Shown piece after piece: positions 25,608 through 37,170 of a stretch of DNA of 64,000 nt (position 1 is the first letter of the stretch; every line of letters starts with the position of its first letter). The stretch comes from Camelus dromedarius. Its lineage: Eukaryota. The notes under the pieces were generated by a model, which was not told where the DNA came from, made no database searches, and worked only from the letters and a program-made list of their open reading frames with translations. Location of the stretch: NCBI RefSeq assembly GCF_036321535.1, contig NC_087459.1, positions 27,342,001 through 27,406,000 on the forward strand, in the 5' to 3' direction. Made by a program: the position numbers and the translations under genes.

Positions 25608-25666
25608 TTGAACCCTGGACCTTGCGCATGCTAAAGACGCACTCTACCAGTGAGCTATACCCTCCT
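25608..25666 (-). mobile_element. Tail-less Vic-1-like SINE head (tRNA-Ala-like 5' part only)
   Basis: Sense ggagggtatagctcactggtagagtgcgtctttagcatgcgcaaggtccagggttcaa; ends in the B-box/T-loop. Confidence 0.8.
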
Positions 25667-27135
25667 GCCTAGGGCATTCTCAGGACACAGAAGTCACTCC
25701 CTGATGCTCCGAGTGCAGGGGATGGTGCTAGGGACTCCAGCTGGTTCCCACCCTGTAATCCCCGTCCTGTTTGCCCACAGCAATCCCCTCCAGATCAAAG
25801 ACTCTCTAGGATTCAGGGAATCTAGAGGAGACACGGAGATTTTTTTCCTTAAAATGGCTTAATTTCTTTGGGGGCCTGGGGAACACAAATTCTGTCTGGC
25901 TGCAAAAATCCTCCAGTTCAGGGGCAGCTGCCAGACCACGTGCCTGTCCGGTTTTGGACTGGGACCTCTCGGGCGAGAAAGGAGACAAAGGTGGAGCGGA
26001 AACAGCCCCCGGATGTGCTCTTCAAGAAAATCACCCAGCTGTGTGTGCGTGCTGGGGTGGGGGGAGAGTCGGGGGAGTGGAGTCTGGGGGGGCGGGGGAG
26101 ACGGCAGGGAGGGTGGGTCATCTGGGGGCTGGGCTGTCTTAAACCCTCCATTTGCAGCTGAATTTAGCCCATGACTGGCAGGGTGACGCAGAGGGGCTAC
26201 TGAGGACACTAAATCCTGCTTATTTCTCGAGGCTATTTTGAGGGAGAAAATAATCCAGGTGAGAGTGTTCTGTCAACTACACATGTCTCTGTATCCTCCC
26301 ACTCAAAGCATTTCAAGAAATCTGTCTCCCTCTCTTGACTCGGAGCCTTTCAACAGACAGCTCGGCCATCCTCAGCTCTGGATCCAACATCTTGACATCC
26401 ACCCCCAGGGGCCGGCACACAAAGTGAGGATTCAACATGTGTCTGAATTGAACGGAACCTCATCCTGGTAGGATAAAGTCCTAGTGTTCAGGGACAATAA
26501 GAGCGAGGAGTCAGATGGTAAATCAAAAACTCTTTTTTTCCCTAAGCATTTTTAAAAAGAGGCAAATAACAGATTTCCTTCCCCGCTGGCACTTGGCTGA
26601 GGCCAATGTCATCTATGATCCCTGACCTTATTCCACGGGCTGTTTGGAGAAGGTAGCTGATCTCTGATGCTCTGCTCAGTTTTAGAAACCGTGCTTGGTG
26701 ATGCAGAAAGTTCACTTCTCTGGAACTGCTCCCCATTGAAAAGGATCTGCCTTTGACATGGCGCCAGCCACACCAGACCTTAGCCGTGGAATCACAGGTC
26801 TCCCAGGAATGTTCCCAAAACCTGAGCGCTGAGCCAGTCTCCCAGCTGGCCAGGCCTCGGAGGCCATGCTCCTCCACGGCCCCTGGGCAGCTCCAACGGC
26901 CAGGGAGGCGCTCTCCCTCTTCAGGGAGCTGATTCTGCTATGGGGTGGCTCTGCTATGGGGTGGTCTGGGCCAGCCAAAACCCCATCTCCCAGAGTCTCG
27001 ATGGGTCCATAAACCACCTCTTCCTCCTGACAGCCCTCAGCAAGTCAGCCCCTCTGCAGTCTTCACTTCTACGGGCTGAACTACTTATTTCATGAGGCTG
27101 ACATCATCCTCACTCCCTCTGGACAGTCTCTAGGT

Positions 27136-27341
27136 CAGAGGTTTCAAATCTTTTCTGACTCTGACCACAGCACGTCTTTCAAGGCCAGTCTGTACTTGCG
27201 TGTGTGTGTATACAACCTAACCAGATTCATGAACCTCCCTAAGTAGAATACACTTGGATGTTTTCTAGTCTGTTTCACTCTTTTGAATGCTGGCTGCAAT
27301 CCACTAAACCAATATTTGGTGACCCAGAACTGAAAACACTG
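27136..27341. mobile_element. hAT-Charlie-type MITE with TIRs and 8-bp TSD
   Basis: Ends CAGAGGTTTCAAA...TGAAAACACTG; flanks ctctaggt (27128-27135) and ctctagtt (27342-27349) fit the NTCTAGAN target preference. Confidence 0.75.
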
Positions 27342-27944
27342 CTCTAGTTTCACCGAGCCGGTCATCCATGTCCAGCTTTGCCTGAGTATTTAGCTCAGAC
27401 ACTAAGCTTTCCTTTCCATTGCAGTTATTAGCTGATGCAGGCAGTGAGTAGAATCCTGGGCACCATTCTACACCGGGATCTCCCTGGCTCGGCATTTCCC
27501 TCCACCACACCTCTCCCCGCACAGCAAATACACACGCACATCAGCAGAGACAACAGGTTGACCAGAAGTTGCTTCCTGCCCCACCATCAATATCATTTGC
27601 TCAGAACACCCAAAATGCTTTTCTCCTGATCTCCTCCCATCTTCCTGCTGAGAAAGCTGGAGGATCCCAGGGGTCAGGGGTCTCACATTTGAGGCAGGCA
27701 GCTGAGATTCATGAAGAAACCTCGAGTTTTAAAAACAGCTGTAGATGACTGACAAGGTGTGTAGTCCACATAGACAGGGGCTAATTCCCTCTCCCTGGAT
27801 CTTCTCCCCTGGGGACCAGATGCCAAAGGCCACCTCCAGCTCATCACTTTAGATGAGCTTCTGTCCATTCTAGAATCTGGTCACTAGATCTTTTTCCTTA
27901 CCCTTTATTGACTTTGTCACGATGGTGATGAGAAGAACTGGGGG

Positions 27945-28130
27945 TACCAGATCTGGTTCCACCACCTGTACTGGACCTAGGACTTCATTTTTCTGAACTC
28001 CAGTTTTCTTATCTGTAAAATGTGGCTGATCCTTTCAGCTCTGCCTTCCTCACCAGGTTGTGGTGAACAGGAACAGGTGTGAAAATGCTTTGTAAACTGT
28101 GAAGCACTATGCAACTATAAATTGTTAAAG
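27945..28130 (+). mobile_element. MIR SINE
   Basis: ccagttttcttatctgtaaaatg...gtgaaaatgctttgtaaactgtgaagcactatgcaa. Confidence 0.8.
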
Positions 28131-28529
28131 AAACTACACATGATTTTGCTAAGAGTTGACAGCGTTGACTCTGCCCCCCAATTTACAGCATTGCTCCTTC
28201 ATTCTCTGTATTCAGTAAAGGCACAGACACCATCATGAACCCCTAAAAGGCATCTGCACTTTACCACCAAGAGCCAGGTTAAAACAGCTCTCCCTTGGGC
28301 AGGTATTTGACGTCATCAAAAATTCACTGGTCACAGCAGCTGGTGAATCCATGGTCCCCTGTCATTTGTACCTTCATTCAGAAAGATAACTAAACCTGGG
28401 AAAACTGGTCCCAAGGGCGGTCAAGTGAAATACAACCGACGCCCAGCTGTTTGAACCAATTAAGAAAATAAAGGACGGGGGAGGGAGGGGGGAGATCAGA
28501 GTCATCTTAGATGAGACTTTAGAGACCAT

Positions 28530-28690
28530 CATTATCATAATAGCCACCATGGACGGAGAATTTACTAAGCTAGGTCCTGTGCCTTAAAGAATTATTTCCA
28601 ACCTTAATGAGAATGCTCAAGGCAGGTATTATTGTTCTCATTTTACAGATAAGGCTGAAAGGTTAAGAAACATGCTCAAAAATATGCATG
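28530..28690 (-). mobile_element. MIR SINE
   Basis: aggcaggtattattgttctcattttacagataagg. Confidence 0.75.
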
Positions 28691-31352
28691 GGGAACTGAT
28701 AATCTGCTTTTTCTCCTTCAGCGATAAGCAAGTGAAACCTCAAGGCCAGTGTTGCGCTCTGCCAAGGATGTGGCTGAAATGCTGCGTTTGAGGTCGACCC
28801 TGGAGCCAAGGGCCCCCAGAATGGGGACTTTATACCAGAGGTGGGGCTTTCATGGTCAGAACAGAAAGTAACTTGGGCTTTTTGTGGGAATGGGAAGCAG
28901 AGGCCAATTCCCTGGGTTGGCGAAGGTTCTTCTTGCTACACAGTCCAGGGTCTGTACTCTTTACAAAGAGCTGAGAACAATTGTTTCTGGGCTGGGAGCT
29001 TGGCTGCTCAATGATTAATGAGAATCTAATATCACTTTTGTTTGGACCCCAAGCTAAAAGAGGAAAGAGGCAATACCTGTGCCTCTCCTGTGCCCCAAAT
29101 TCTCCAGAGGTTACCTACTGCCTACAGGCCAAGGTCGGAATGCCTTGGCTGGTGTTCAAGGCATTTCTGGTCAGGTCCCAAGCAATGATTTCAACATTTT
29201 CTGATATCAAACCTCTGTCCTAGCCAGGCATTCTCAGCCTCACCCAATGGGCAGTGCGCATTTCTCTTCCAGCAACTCTCCCAACAGGCAATGCCCCTCA
29301 CTGGTCTCAGCAGAGCTAACCCCACCCAGCCTTGAGGACCCGGCCTGGGGCCTCATTCTTCTTCTGCGCCCTGCAGCCCATTTCTTCGCAGACCCCTGCA
29401 GCCCTTGGAGTTGTGGCCTTCTGAATGGAGCCTGCATTGATAGCTGTTAGGTGGCCTGTATGTCTCTGGACCCCTCACCTACATGCTAAGGGCCCGAGGA
29501 GCAGGGAGACCACATGTTACGTTTCTGTGTCCTTTACACATACTTGCTACAGAAATGACAGGAATTAAATAAATGCTGTTGAATTAAAGAGGGGATGGAT
29601 GGAAGGAGGTGGCAGTGTCAGAAGTGGACCAGGTCTCTAGAGACAGAGGTCCCTAGACCCCAGAAGCTGGTCCTCATAGACCAGGCTTTGGAAAGAATCT
29701 CAGATCAGGGACAGAAGGAAGCCCAGAGGTGATCTGGTTGGGCAGCCATTGGACTAGAACCTCAGGTTCCCTGTCCCTCCCACCCCACCCCCCACCGCCA
29801 CAGCCTGGACAGGTGACTCTGGTTTTGCTAAGACACCTCGAGGAAAGGGCCTGGCTGCTGCTCAGTTTTCCCCCTCCCCACCCCCACAGATGCACGGGGG
29901 ACTTTTTGGAAGGGCTATTTTGAAAAGCTGCCCAGAGAAAATAAGCACTCCCAGGATCCACATAGGAAATGGTGGTTCAGCCTCAGCACTGCACACCCAG
30001 GGGCAGGTGTGTGTCCTCAGATGAAGGTGGGAGCCAGTGAGGCCCTTCTCCCCAGGCCCCAGCCACAGGAACAGCACTCAGTTTGAGACCAGTCTCCTGC
30101 CATGGGAAGGAATGACTCTCACCTACCGTCTGCCCCCATCCCACCGTCCCAACAGAATGCCAAACGCCTGGCAGGGCCAGGAGCCTACCTGCCTTCTCCA
30201 AAGAGATGGTTACTTCAGAACAGAACTCTGGGGAAGATTCACCCAATTCTGTACCAGATGAACTGAAATTCCAGTACCTTCTCTGCTCTAACATACAGGC
30301 AGACCTAGACTCCCCTTTCCCCTGACACACAGACACACCCCAACCCAGCTCTTTTCCTCTGAAGCTCAGGGGGGCCCCCACGAAGCACAGGCCATCTCCA
30401 GCCTCACACACCGGTCCTCAAAGGTGGTAAGGCTGCGGTGTGGGTCTAAAGCCAGGGTTAGGGTGGTAGTAATCTCAAGGGCACCCTTAAATCTTCATTC
30501 AGAGTGGGAGCCAATCGGGACCCTTAGGCAGACCTGCCCCAGGTTTCTCACTGCTCCCAGAGAACCCCTCTCCCCTTCAGAGCACCCCCAAATCACAACC
30601 CACTACCCCCACCCTACCCCCAAGGCTGCTCCTAAATCAATTAATGAACAACAATGTATTCCTTTCCTACTGTGCCCCTGGAGAAGTGGAGGGCTGCTGT
30701 AGGGGAGGAATCACCCCCTCCAGGGAATCAGATGCTTAAGAGGCAATGCTGTCTGCAGTTCCCCAGGCCAAGTCAGTTGAGGTCTACAAGTGGTAAATCT
30801 AGAACACCCCTCCAAGGATTCTATGCCAAGGATTCCATGCCTACCTTTTCCCCACCGCCTTTCTAGGACAGTTAAAGCCCTGGCTTCTCCTCACTGCCCT
30901 TCCAGGCCACCCACCTGTGCCCCCTGCCCGCTGGCTCAGTCCAAAAGCCATTCCATAAATCTCAAATATGTGTATGAGCAGGGGGCTCTGGAGGAGATAG
31001 GACGAGCCCCCCTCCCGCAGCCCTGCCCTCCCTCCACCCGGCGGGTTTCCCAGCGTGGGAGGCGACCTCAACAGCCCTCTCTCCCTGGAGTCTAACGAGC
31101 TCTCCGGGGCAGCCCTGGCGGCAGCGCGGCGGGAAACCGGGAGCCCCATCCTTGTCCGCCAGCCGCCTCCAGAATCCTGGCCCCGTTCCCTCCTCCAGCA
31201 CGCCTGGAGTTGGGGCCAACAGGCAGGATCAACAATCCAGAAACTTTCAATGGATCAAGCCGACTGGGAGGGAGAGAGGGACGGGGGTAAGGGGGAGGGA
31301 CGGGGACGCGGACGGGGGAGGCTCCAGGGCTGAGCCCTTGCTCTTCACTTAC

Positions 31353-31370
31353 CATCTTGCTCACATCCAT
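31353..31370 (-). CDS. HIP1: HIP1 alternative first exon coding part, MDVSKM
   Basis: GGTC-ATG-GAT-GTG-AGC-AAG-ATG|GTAAGT: strong Kozak (G-3, G+4) and a consensus donor in phase 0, compatible with exon 2, inside a CpG island. Matches my recollection of a short-N-terminus HIP1 isoform. Confidence 0.75.
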
Positions 31371-31433
31371 GACCGAGGCTGCAGGGCACCCCCCACCCCT
31401 GGAGATCCCGCGTCCCCCAAATGCTGCTCCCGG

Positions 31434-31457
31434 CTAATTCAGCCCCGATGGTGCCAT
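31434..31457 (-). other. uORF MAPSGLN* in the 5' UTR of the alternative first exon
   Basis: agcATGGCA CCA TCG GGG CTG AAT TAG; strong Kozak; stop lies 63 nt upstream of the MDVSKM ATG. Confidence 0.6.
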
Positions 31458-33530
31458 GCTGCGGGGAGGGCGGCCGGCAGGGCCCCCGCGGACCGGGGAA
31501 GGCGGCGGCGGCGGCGGCAGGACCGAGGCTGGTCCGGAGAAAGGAAAGGGAGGGGGAGGGGAAGCGGGGAGGGGGAGGGGGCCGAGCGCCGAGCCGCAGC
31601 GCGCACCGCGGGCGGGGGAGGCGCGGCCCCGCGGACCGACCGGCGCGGCGGAGCCCCCCAGGGCCGGGGAATCCCGAAATCAGCTGGAGGTGCCCGGGCC
31701 GCCGCGGCCGTGGCGGTGGCGGTGGTGGCGGTGCGGGGGCGCCGGGCGGGGTGGGATCAATGGACGGATTCCCGGGGCTGGAGCCTGCGGCCCGGGCGCG
31801 CGGCGAGGGTGTGATTTGAATAACAAAAGGTCGCTTCTCCCCGAGGCCCGGCGGCCGGGATCGCTGAGCCCGCAGCGAGGCCGCCGGGCCGCCAGGAAGT
31901 GTGAGTGTGAGTGAATGTGTGCCAGTGTGTGCGCGCGTGTGCGCGTTTTGGTGGTGGGATCCGTGGGGCTCAGGAAGTGAGCGGGGGAGGCGGCTGAAAA
32001 GGAGGGGAGAGCTGGGGGGCGCACCGAGCCGACATTCCAGTGGGGGCAGGGGGTCCGCTCGGCCCCTCCCCACTTGGCTCCACTGGACAAAGGCGGAATT
32101 CAGACCCGGTTGTTAGCCTCCTGAGGCTAATCCGGAGGGGACGCCTAGATGAGTCTGGGGTCTGCAAACAGGCGAATAGGAGGAAGTGGTACAGGTATCC
32201 CTGTAAGGCTCCGAGGCCCCCCGCAAGTGACCCAGAGCCAGCCCCGCCTGCAGGGAGAGAAACTGGCCTCTAAATGATGTCTGCCCTGAGCTCAGAGCTC
32301 CTTTCTCTCAAGCCAGAATCCCTTTCTTGTCTGCCTAAGAGAAACGGGAAACTGCCTCCTCGCTGCAGGAGATGGGGCTGGCCGTGGCAAAGGGCTCCTG
32401 GCAAATGCTCTTTTAGGGCACAGTCTTCAGAAAAAGGCTAGAAGCCCAAGCCTGTAGTTTCTACACAGGCTGCCTCACATCCTCCGATGAGCAGAGAGAT
32501 CTCCTGCAGGGCGGAGTCAGCAGGGACTTAAGCCCATTTACACCAACCCTGAAGGGGGGTGATTTGCCCCAGGGCACACACCAGGCAGGGAATGGAGGCA
32601 GAAGAAACCTCACTAAGGACAGTGCAGCCCAAGACCAAAAGAGCTTCCCATACCACCCAGAGCATCCAGAAATCCTTTCTAATGAACAAGTGAGGGGACC
32701 CCTCCACAACCGTGGCCCCCTGACCCACACCGAGCAGCCGGACTAGGCGACACTGGTAAGCTCCCCGTCCTGGCCCCGGGGCCTGCTGGGCTGACTGGGA
32801 GGGCCCCCTCCCCTCCAAATCTGACTTCTCAATCTATGAAACAGGGGCTGTTTCAATGCCTGCTTTCTAGGGAGATGTGAAAACACCATGATATAAAAAA
32901 TGGTATCAGTAAGGTGTAAAAGCAGAAGTACAGGAGGGGAAGGGGTCATGGTGGTTATTTTTATTTCCCAGCTCTAGAGCCCAGTCCAAGGTCCCTCAGC
33001 TTCAGGAAAGGGCTCTCTAGGCCCATGTCTCTGTCTAACCCTGAGTCTGGACTGCACACTGACCCTCCCGCCCCATCCCAGGGCTGCCCACCTCTTCCGG
33101 CGCTGTGCCCCAGCCAGGAAGTCAGGAGGGCTGCTCTGGTGGGTTCTGGCATTCTGGGCTCCCACAGATCCTTCTACTGACTCATGTCCACGAGAGTGAA
33201 CCCAAACTCGAGGCAAAGCAGGAGGGAAGCACGCCACGGCTTCCTCATTCTCCAGCACAGAAACCCAAGGGAAATCAGGGCCAGGTGCACCAGCCGGAGT
33301 CACCCAATGCAGAAACGAGTTTTGGAGTATCTGCTGCTTGATTAAATGGATAACCATCTTTAAGAAAAAAAAAAAAGATTTTATGTTTAAAAAATATGAT
33401 GAACCCTTAGATCTGGGGTTGATTAGGTTCTCCCAGAAGATCTTGACATCTTAGCTGATCAAGCCCGTTTTCTCATTGCTAAAGGGTCAGTGGATAAGGG
33501 TCAAATTAAAGAACTTTCCCAAACCTTATC

Positions 33531-33988
33531 TGTAGTAGGCTGAATGAGCACCCCCCCACCCCTGCCCAGATATCAGGTCCTAGTCTCTGGAACCTGTAAA
33601 TATTACCACATGGCAAAGACTTTGAAAATCTGATTAAGCCAAGGATTCTGAGATGGGAAGAGAATCCTGGACTATCTGGATGAAACTTTGCTGCAGTCCC
33701 GCGCATCCTTATAAGGAGATTCGACACACAGAAGAGGCAGGGATTACAGGGATGCAGCCACAAGCTCAGAAATGCTGTCAGCCACTAGAAGCTCCAACAT
33801 GTGGGCAAGGAGCCAATTTTCTCCCAGAGCCTGTGGAAGGAGTGTGGCCCTGTCAACACCGTTTTTTCAGCCCAGCGATACTGATTTCAGACTTCCGGCC
33901 TCCAGAATTGTTGAGAGAATAAATTTCTCTTGTTTGCACTACTGAGGTTATGATAATTTGTTACAGCAGACGCCGGGAAACTAACATA
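33531..33988 (+). mobile_element. MLT1D-like MaLR solo LTR
   Basis: tgtagtaggctgaat...ggattctgagatggg...cagacttccggcctccagaattg...ttgttacagcagacgccgggaaactaacata. Confidence 0.9.
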
Positions 33989-34609
33989 GTGCACAAAAGT
34001 CAGTGAGGGCCGGTGTCACAGCTCCAGACAGGTGCCTGCATCAGGGCTGCCCTCTCCATTTGGACTTCCTTGCCAGGGAGCTGCTTGAGTGATGGGGGAA
34101 GGAGAGGCCAACAGGAGCCAGGAGTAGGTTTGTCCCTTTCCTGCTCCATTTAAGGGGGACGCCCTGGGAAGTGAGCAAGTACCTACAGGTAAGCATGTGT
34201 ACGCATGGACACACATGTGCACACAACACAAAAACACAGGGAAGGAGTAAACAGCTTCTTGAAATTGCTTGGGCATCTCTGCTTTGGCTAAGCCATCACC
34301 TGCTAGGCCTACCCAGCACATCAGTATCTTTGGGTCCCTGCCTTTCCTGCCATTCCTCTTGGGGAGACAGGATCAGACTTCAAGAAGAGGCAAAAAGAAG
34401 AGGCCTTCACATTCCCTCTTTTACTATAGTTGTGCCATGAGGCATCTCGTGGTCCCAGGTCATTAATGAAAGACATTTCTAGCCGCCTGCTGCAGAGAGA
34501 AGCATTTGGAAACACACATGATTGCTGTGTGGCTGGGAGCCACCAGCTCGGGCTGGGGGAGTCTCTTCTGAATAAATTGAACAGAATGAGAAAAAGTGGG
34601 TCCAGAAAT

Positions 34610-35410
34610 AAGATGCTCTTGCCCCCAGGCTGCTACTCTGTCCTTTCTTCACCAGCTCCAGGCCATTACATTCAACTGTCTACTGGATGTCACCACCTGG
34701 GGGGCTTCAGTCTCACAAGCATCTCATACTTAAGGAGTCCAAAGATGAAATTTTCTTTTCCCTCTGCTTTCACAATCGGCTTCTCCTGTTTTCTGTCTCA
34801 ACTCATGGTTCTACATCCACTTAGTTCATCAGGCTGGAAATGTCAAAGTCAGCCTTCATTCTTCCATTGACAATCCCCAATCTCACCTTATCTAATCAAT
34901 CAGTTCCTGTGCCTATGAAATTCTTTTTTGCAAACAGATTCCAACCTGTGTCTTCCCTCCCACTACCAATTGCTCCTGTACTGGGTGAAGACATTCAACC
35001 ACAGCCTCCTAACTGGCCTCTCTGCCTCCAGTCTCTACCTGTCCAGTTCATCTTCCACACTTCTAGTTGTGATTCACTATTGGCTGATCCCAAATGGAAA
35101 AAAAAAAAAAAGCAAAAACAAAAACAAAAACAAAGCAAAACAAAAAACCCTTCCATAGTTCACCTGGCATTTAAGGTCCTCACAAATCTGGCCTTATCTC
35201 CCACCATTCTAGCCACCTTGTCCCATCCTCTCCTGTCCACCCCATCAATGAGGTCCTGGCTCATCTCAGGATGCTCCTGGAATGCCCTTCCTACCTCCTC
35301 AACTTGGAAGATTCTTTCCCACCTTTCAGGATCCATCTCAATTGTCACTTTCTCTGTGAAGTCATCCTTGACCCATCCAGACAGAGAGAGCCACTCAAAG
35401 TCCCTTCCTG
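34610..35410 (+). mobile_element. L2 LINE with internal A-rich (AAAAAC)n tract
   Basis: caactgtctactggatgtc...ctcctaactggcctctctgcctccagtctc...cctggaatgcccttcc. Confidence 0.75.
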
Positions 35411-35912
35411 CAGGGGACAGCCTCTGGGTATAGCTGGCATCAACCTAGGATGGGATGGTCCTTGCCCTGGGCTCTCCCTTCTCACAGGTGAGTTCCCTCG
35501 GGCAGAGGCTGGGCCTTACTGGCTTTGCATTCTGTGTGCCCTGCCCCATACTTTCTTACCTGCCCCAGAGTTCTCTTCAACTCAAATCGCACACCTACAT
35601 CACTGCTCCACATTTAACTTCAACTAAGAAACTAAGGAAGGGACCCAGAAGGCCTGTACAGAAGGTGAAGAGGATGTGTCCTGGTGGAGGGTGACACCTA
35701 CTGGAGAACCATGGTTCTGCAGCCTAGCCCTACAAATACCACACTGAATATCCAGGCTGACAAGCAGCAGATTCCATTAATTAACCAGTAATGAGGTTTA
35801 AAGTAAACAACACTCCCCAAGAAAGGGCCTTATGTATGCGTTACTATGATACCTGCTGCCACTAACAATAGGCATATGCAGAAGGCTGTAAAGTTATTTT
35901 TAAACATTTAAT

Positions 35913-36022
35913 GGGGGGGGAGTAATTAGCTTTATTTATTTTTATTTTTAATAGAGGTACTGAGGATTGAACCCAGGATCTCGTGCATACTAACCAACAT
36001 CACCACTGAGCTATATCCTCCC
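35913..36022 (-). mobile_element. Vic-1-like camelid SINE
   Basis: ggggagtaattagctttatttatt...gaggtactgaggattgaacccagg...cactgagctatatcctccc. Confidence 0.9.
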
Positions 36023-36279
36023 GGACTCTGTTTATAAAATGCCTTTTTGTCCATATCTCATTCAACTCTGGTAAGGCAGATAGAATGGGTATTATTACAA
36101 CGCCTATTTTGCTGGTAAGATGTCATAGAAGAAAGAAGCCTGGAAAAGGCACTGAGATGGGGAGGGGAGGTCTAAAGTTTTTTAGCTTTGCCTAAAGTGT
36201 TTTAATATTTCCTAAGAAGAACGTCATGACATGTTTTTACTTGCATAATAATGGTGGCCATGAAAGAAGAAAGAAAGTG

Positions 36280-36465
36280 TAGGTTCCGGAGTGAGACAGA
36301 GCTCACGTTGAAACCTGGCTCCATTACTTTCTAGATCTGGGGAAATTCCTTAACCTCTCTGAATTTGTTTTCTTATCTGAAAAGGAGGGTTAATAAATAT
36401 ATACCTCCCAGGGTTGAGGTGAGAGTTAAACAAACCAACGCATGTAAATCACACAGCACAGAGGA
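36280..36465 (+). mobile_element. MIR SINE
   Basis: gaaacctggctccattact...ttaacctctctgaatttgttttcttatctgaaa. Confidence 0.8.
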
Positions 36466-37170
36466 AGACTGGCCCCAGGCTTGGCTTAACACCCCCATCT
36501 TTCCATTAACTTGATGGCTAGTTCCTGAAAAGTTCTAGGTAATTTTTTCTTAAAAAGCTTAATTCATAAGAAAAAAGGATAAACAGCCAATGAAAATGAC
36601 AGTCATTCTGATTTAAATGACAATAAATAAATAGGTTTTTAGGGAGGAAAAATACTGAACTACAGCCACTGACCATAACCAGCTGAGCAGCAGAAGACAC
36701 AAACCAACAGCCACCAGCTGAGTAGTTCCTAATCTTCCTGTGGGGATGCGTCTGCAAACAGAGCCTTAGCCAAGGTGACCAAGATCCCGGCACAGCCTGT
36801 GCTCCTGGTGGCTCCATCCTGGAGTATTTCTACCCAGCTTTCTTTGGACAGAAAGTGGCGTTTTTTTAAGGACTCACTTCGACTCCAGTGGGAAAAGCCT
36901 TCCACTGCCGCTCTCTGCAGGGGGCATGATGACACTTAAAAGTTGAAAAAGGAAAAACCCTCAAGGAACACAAGAGTTCCAAGACCTAGAGTGGACCTCA
37001 GAATACCCAGAGGGCACAGTATCGCGAGGCAAGTGGGAAGGTGGGTGCTGCTGGTGGGGGAGGGGACACTGTGTTATGCTGTGAATAATAACAGCCACTG
37101 ATAATGTTTTTTTGAGGTCTTTCCATGTGCCAGGCACTATGACAAGCACTTTACAAGCATTATTTCTTTT

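Larger units (their letters stand above)
30990..32230. promoter_or_regulatory. CpG island / internal HIP1 promoter and GC-rich 5' UTR
   Basis: Very high GC and CpG density. (GGC)6 at 31501-31518, GC-boxes, two CAGGAAGTG ETS motifs (31893-31901, 31971-31979), immediately upstream of the MDVSKM exon. Confidence 0.9.

Noticed and set aside
31055-32273. Many overlapping 100-240 aa ORFs on both strands
   Set aside because: Pro/Gly/Arg/Ala-rich products are expected from a stop-poor CpG island; no recognisable domain.
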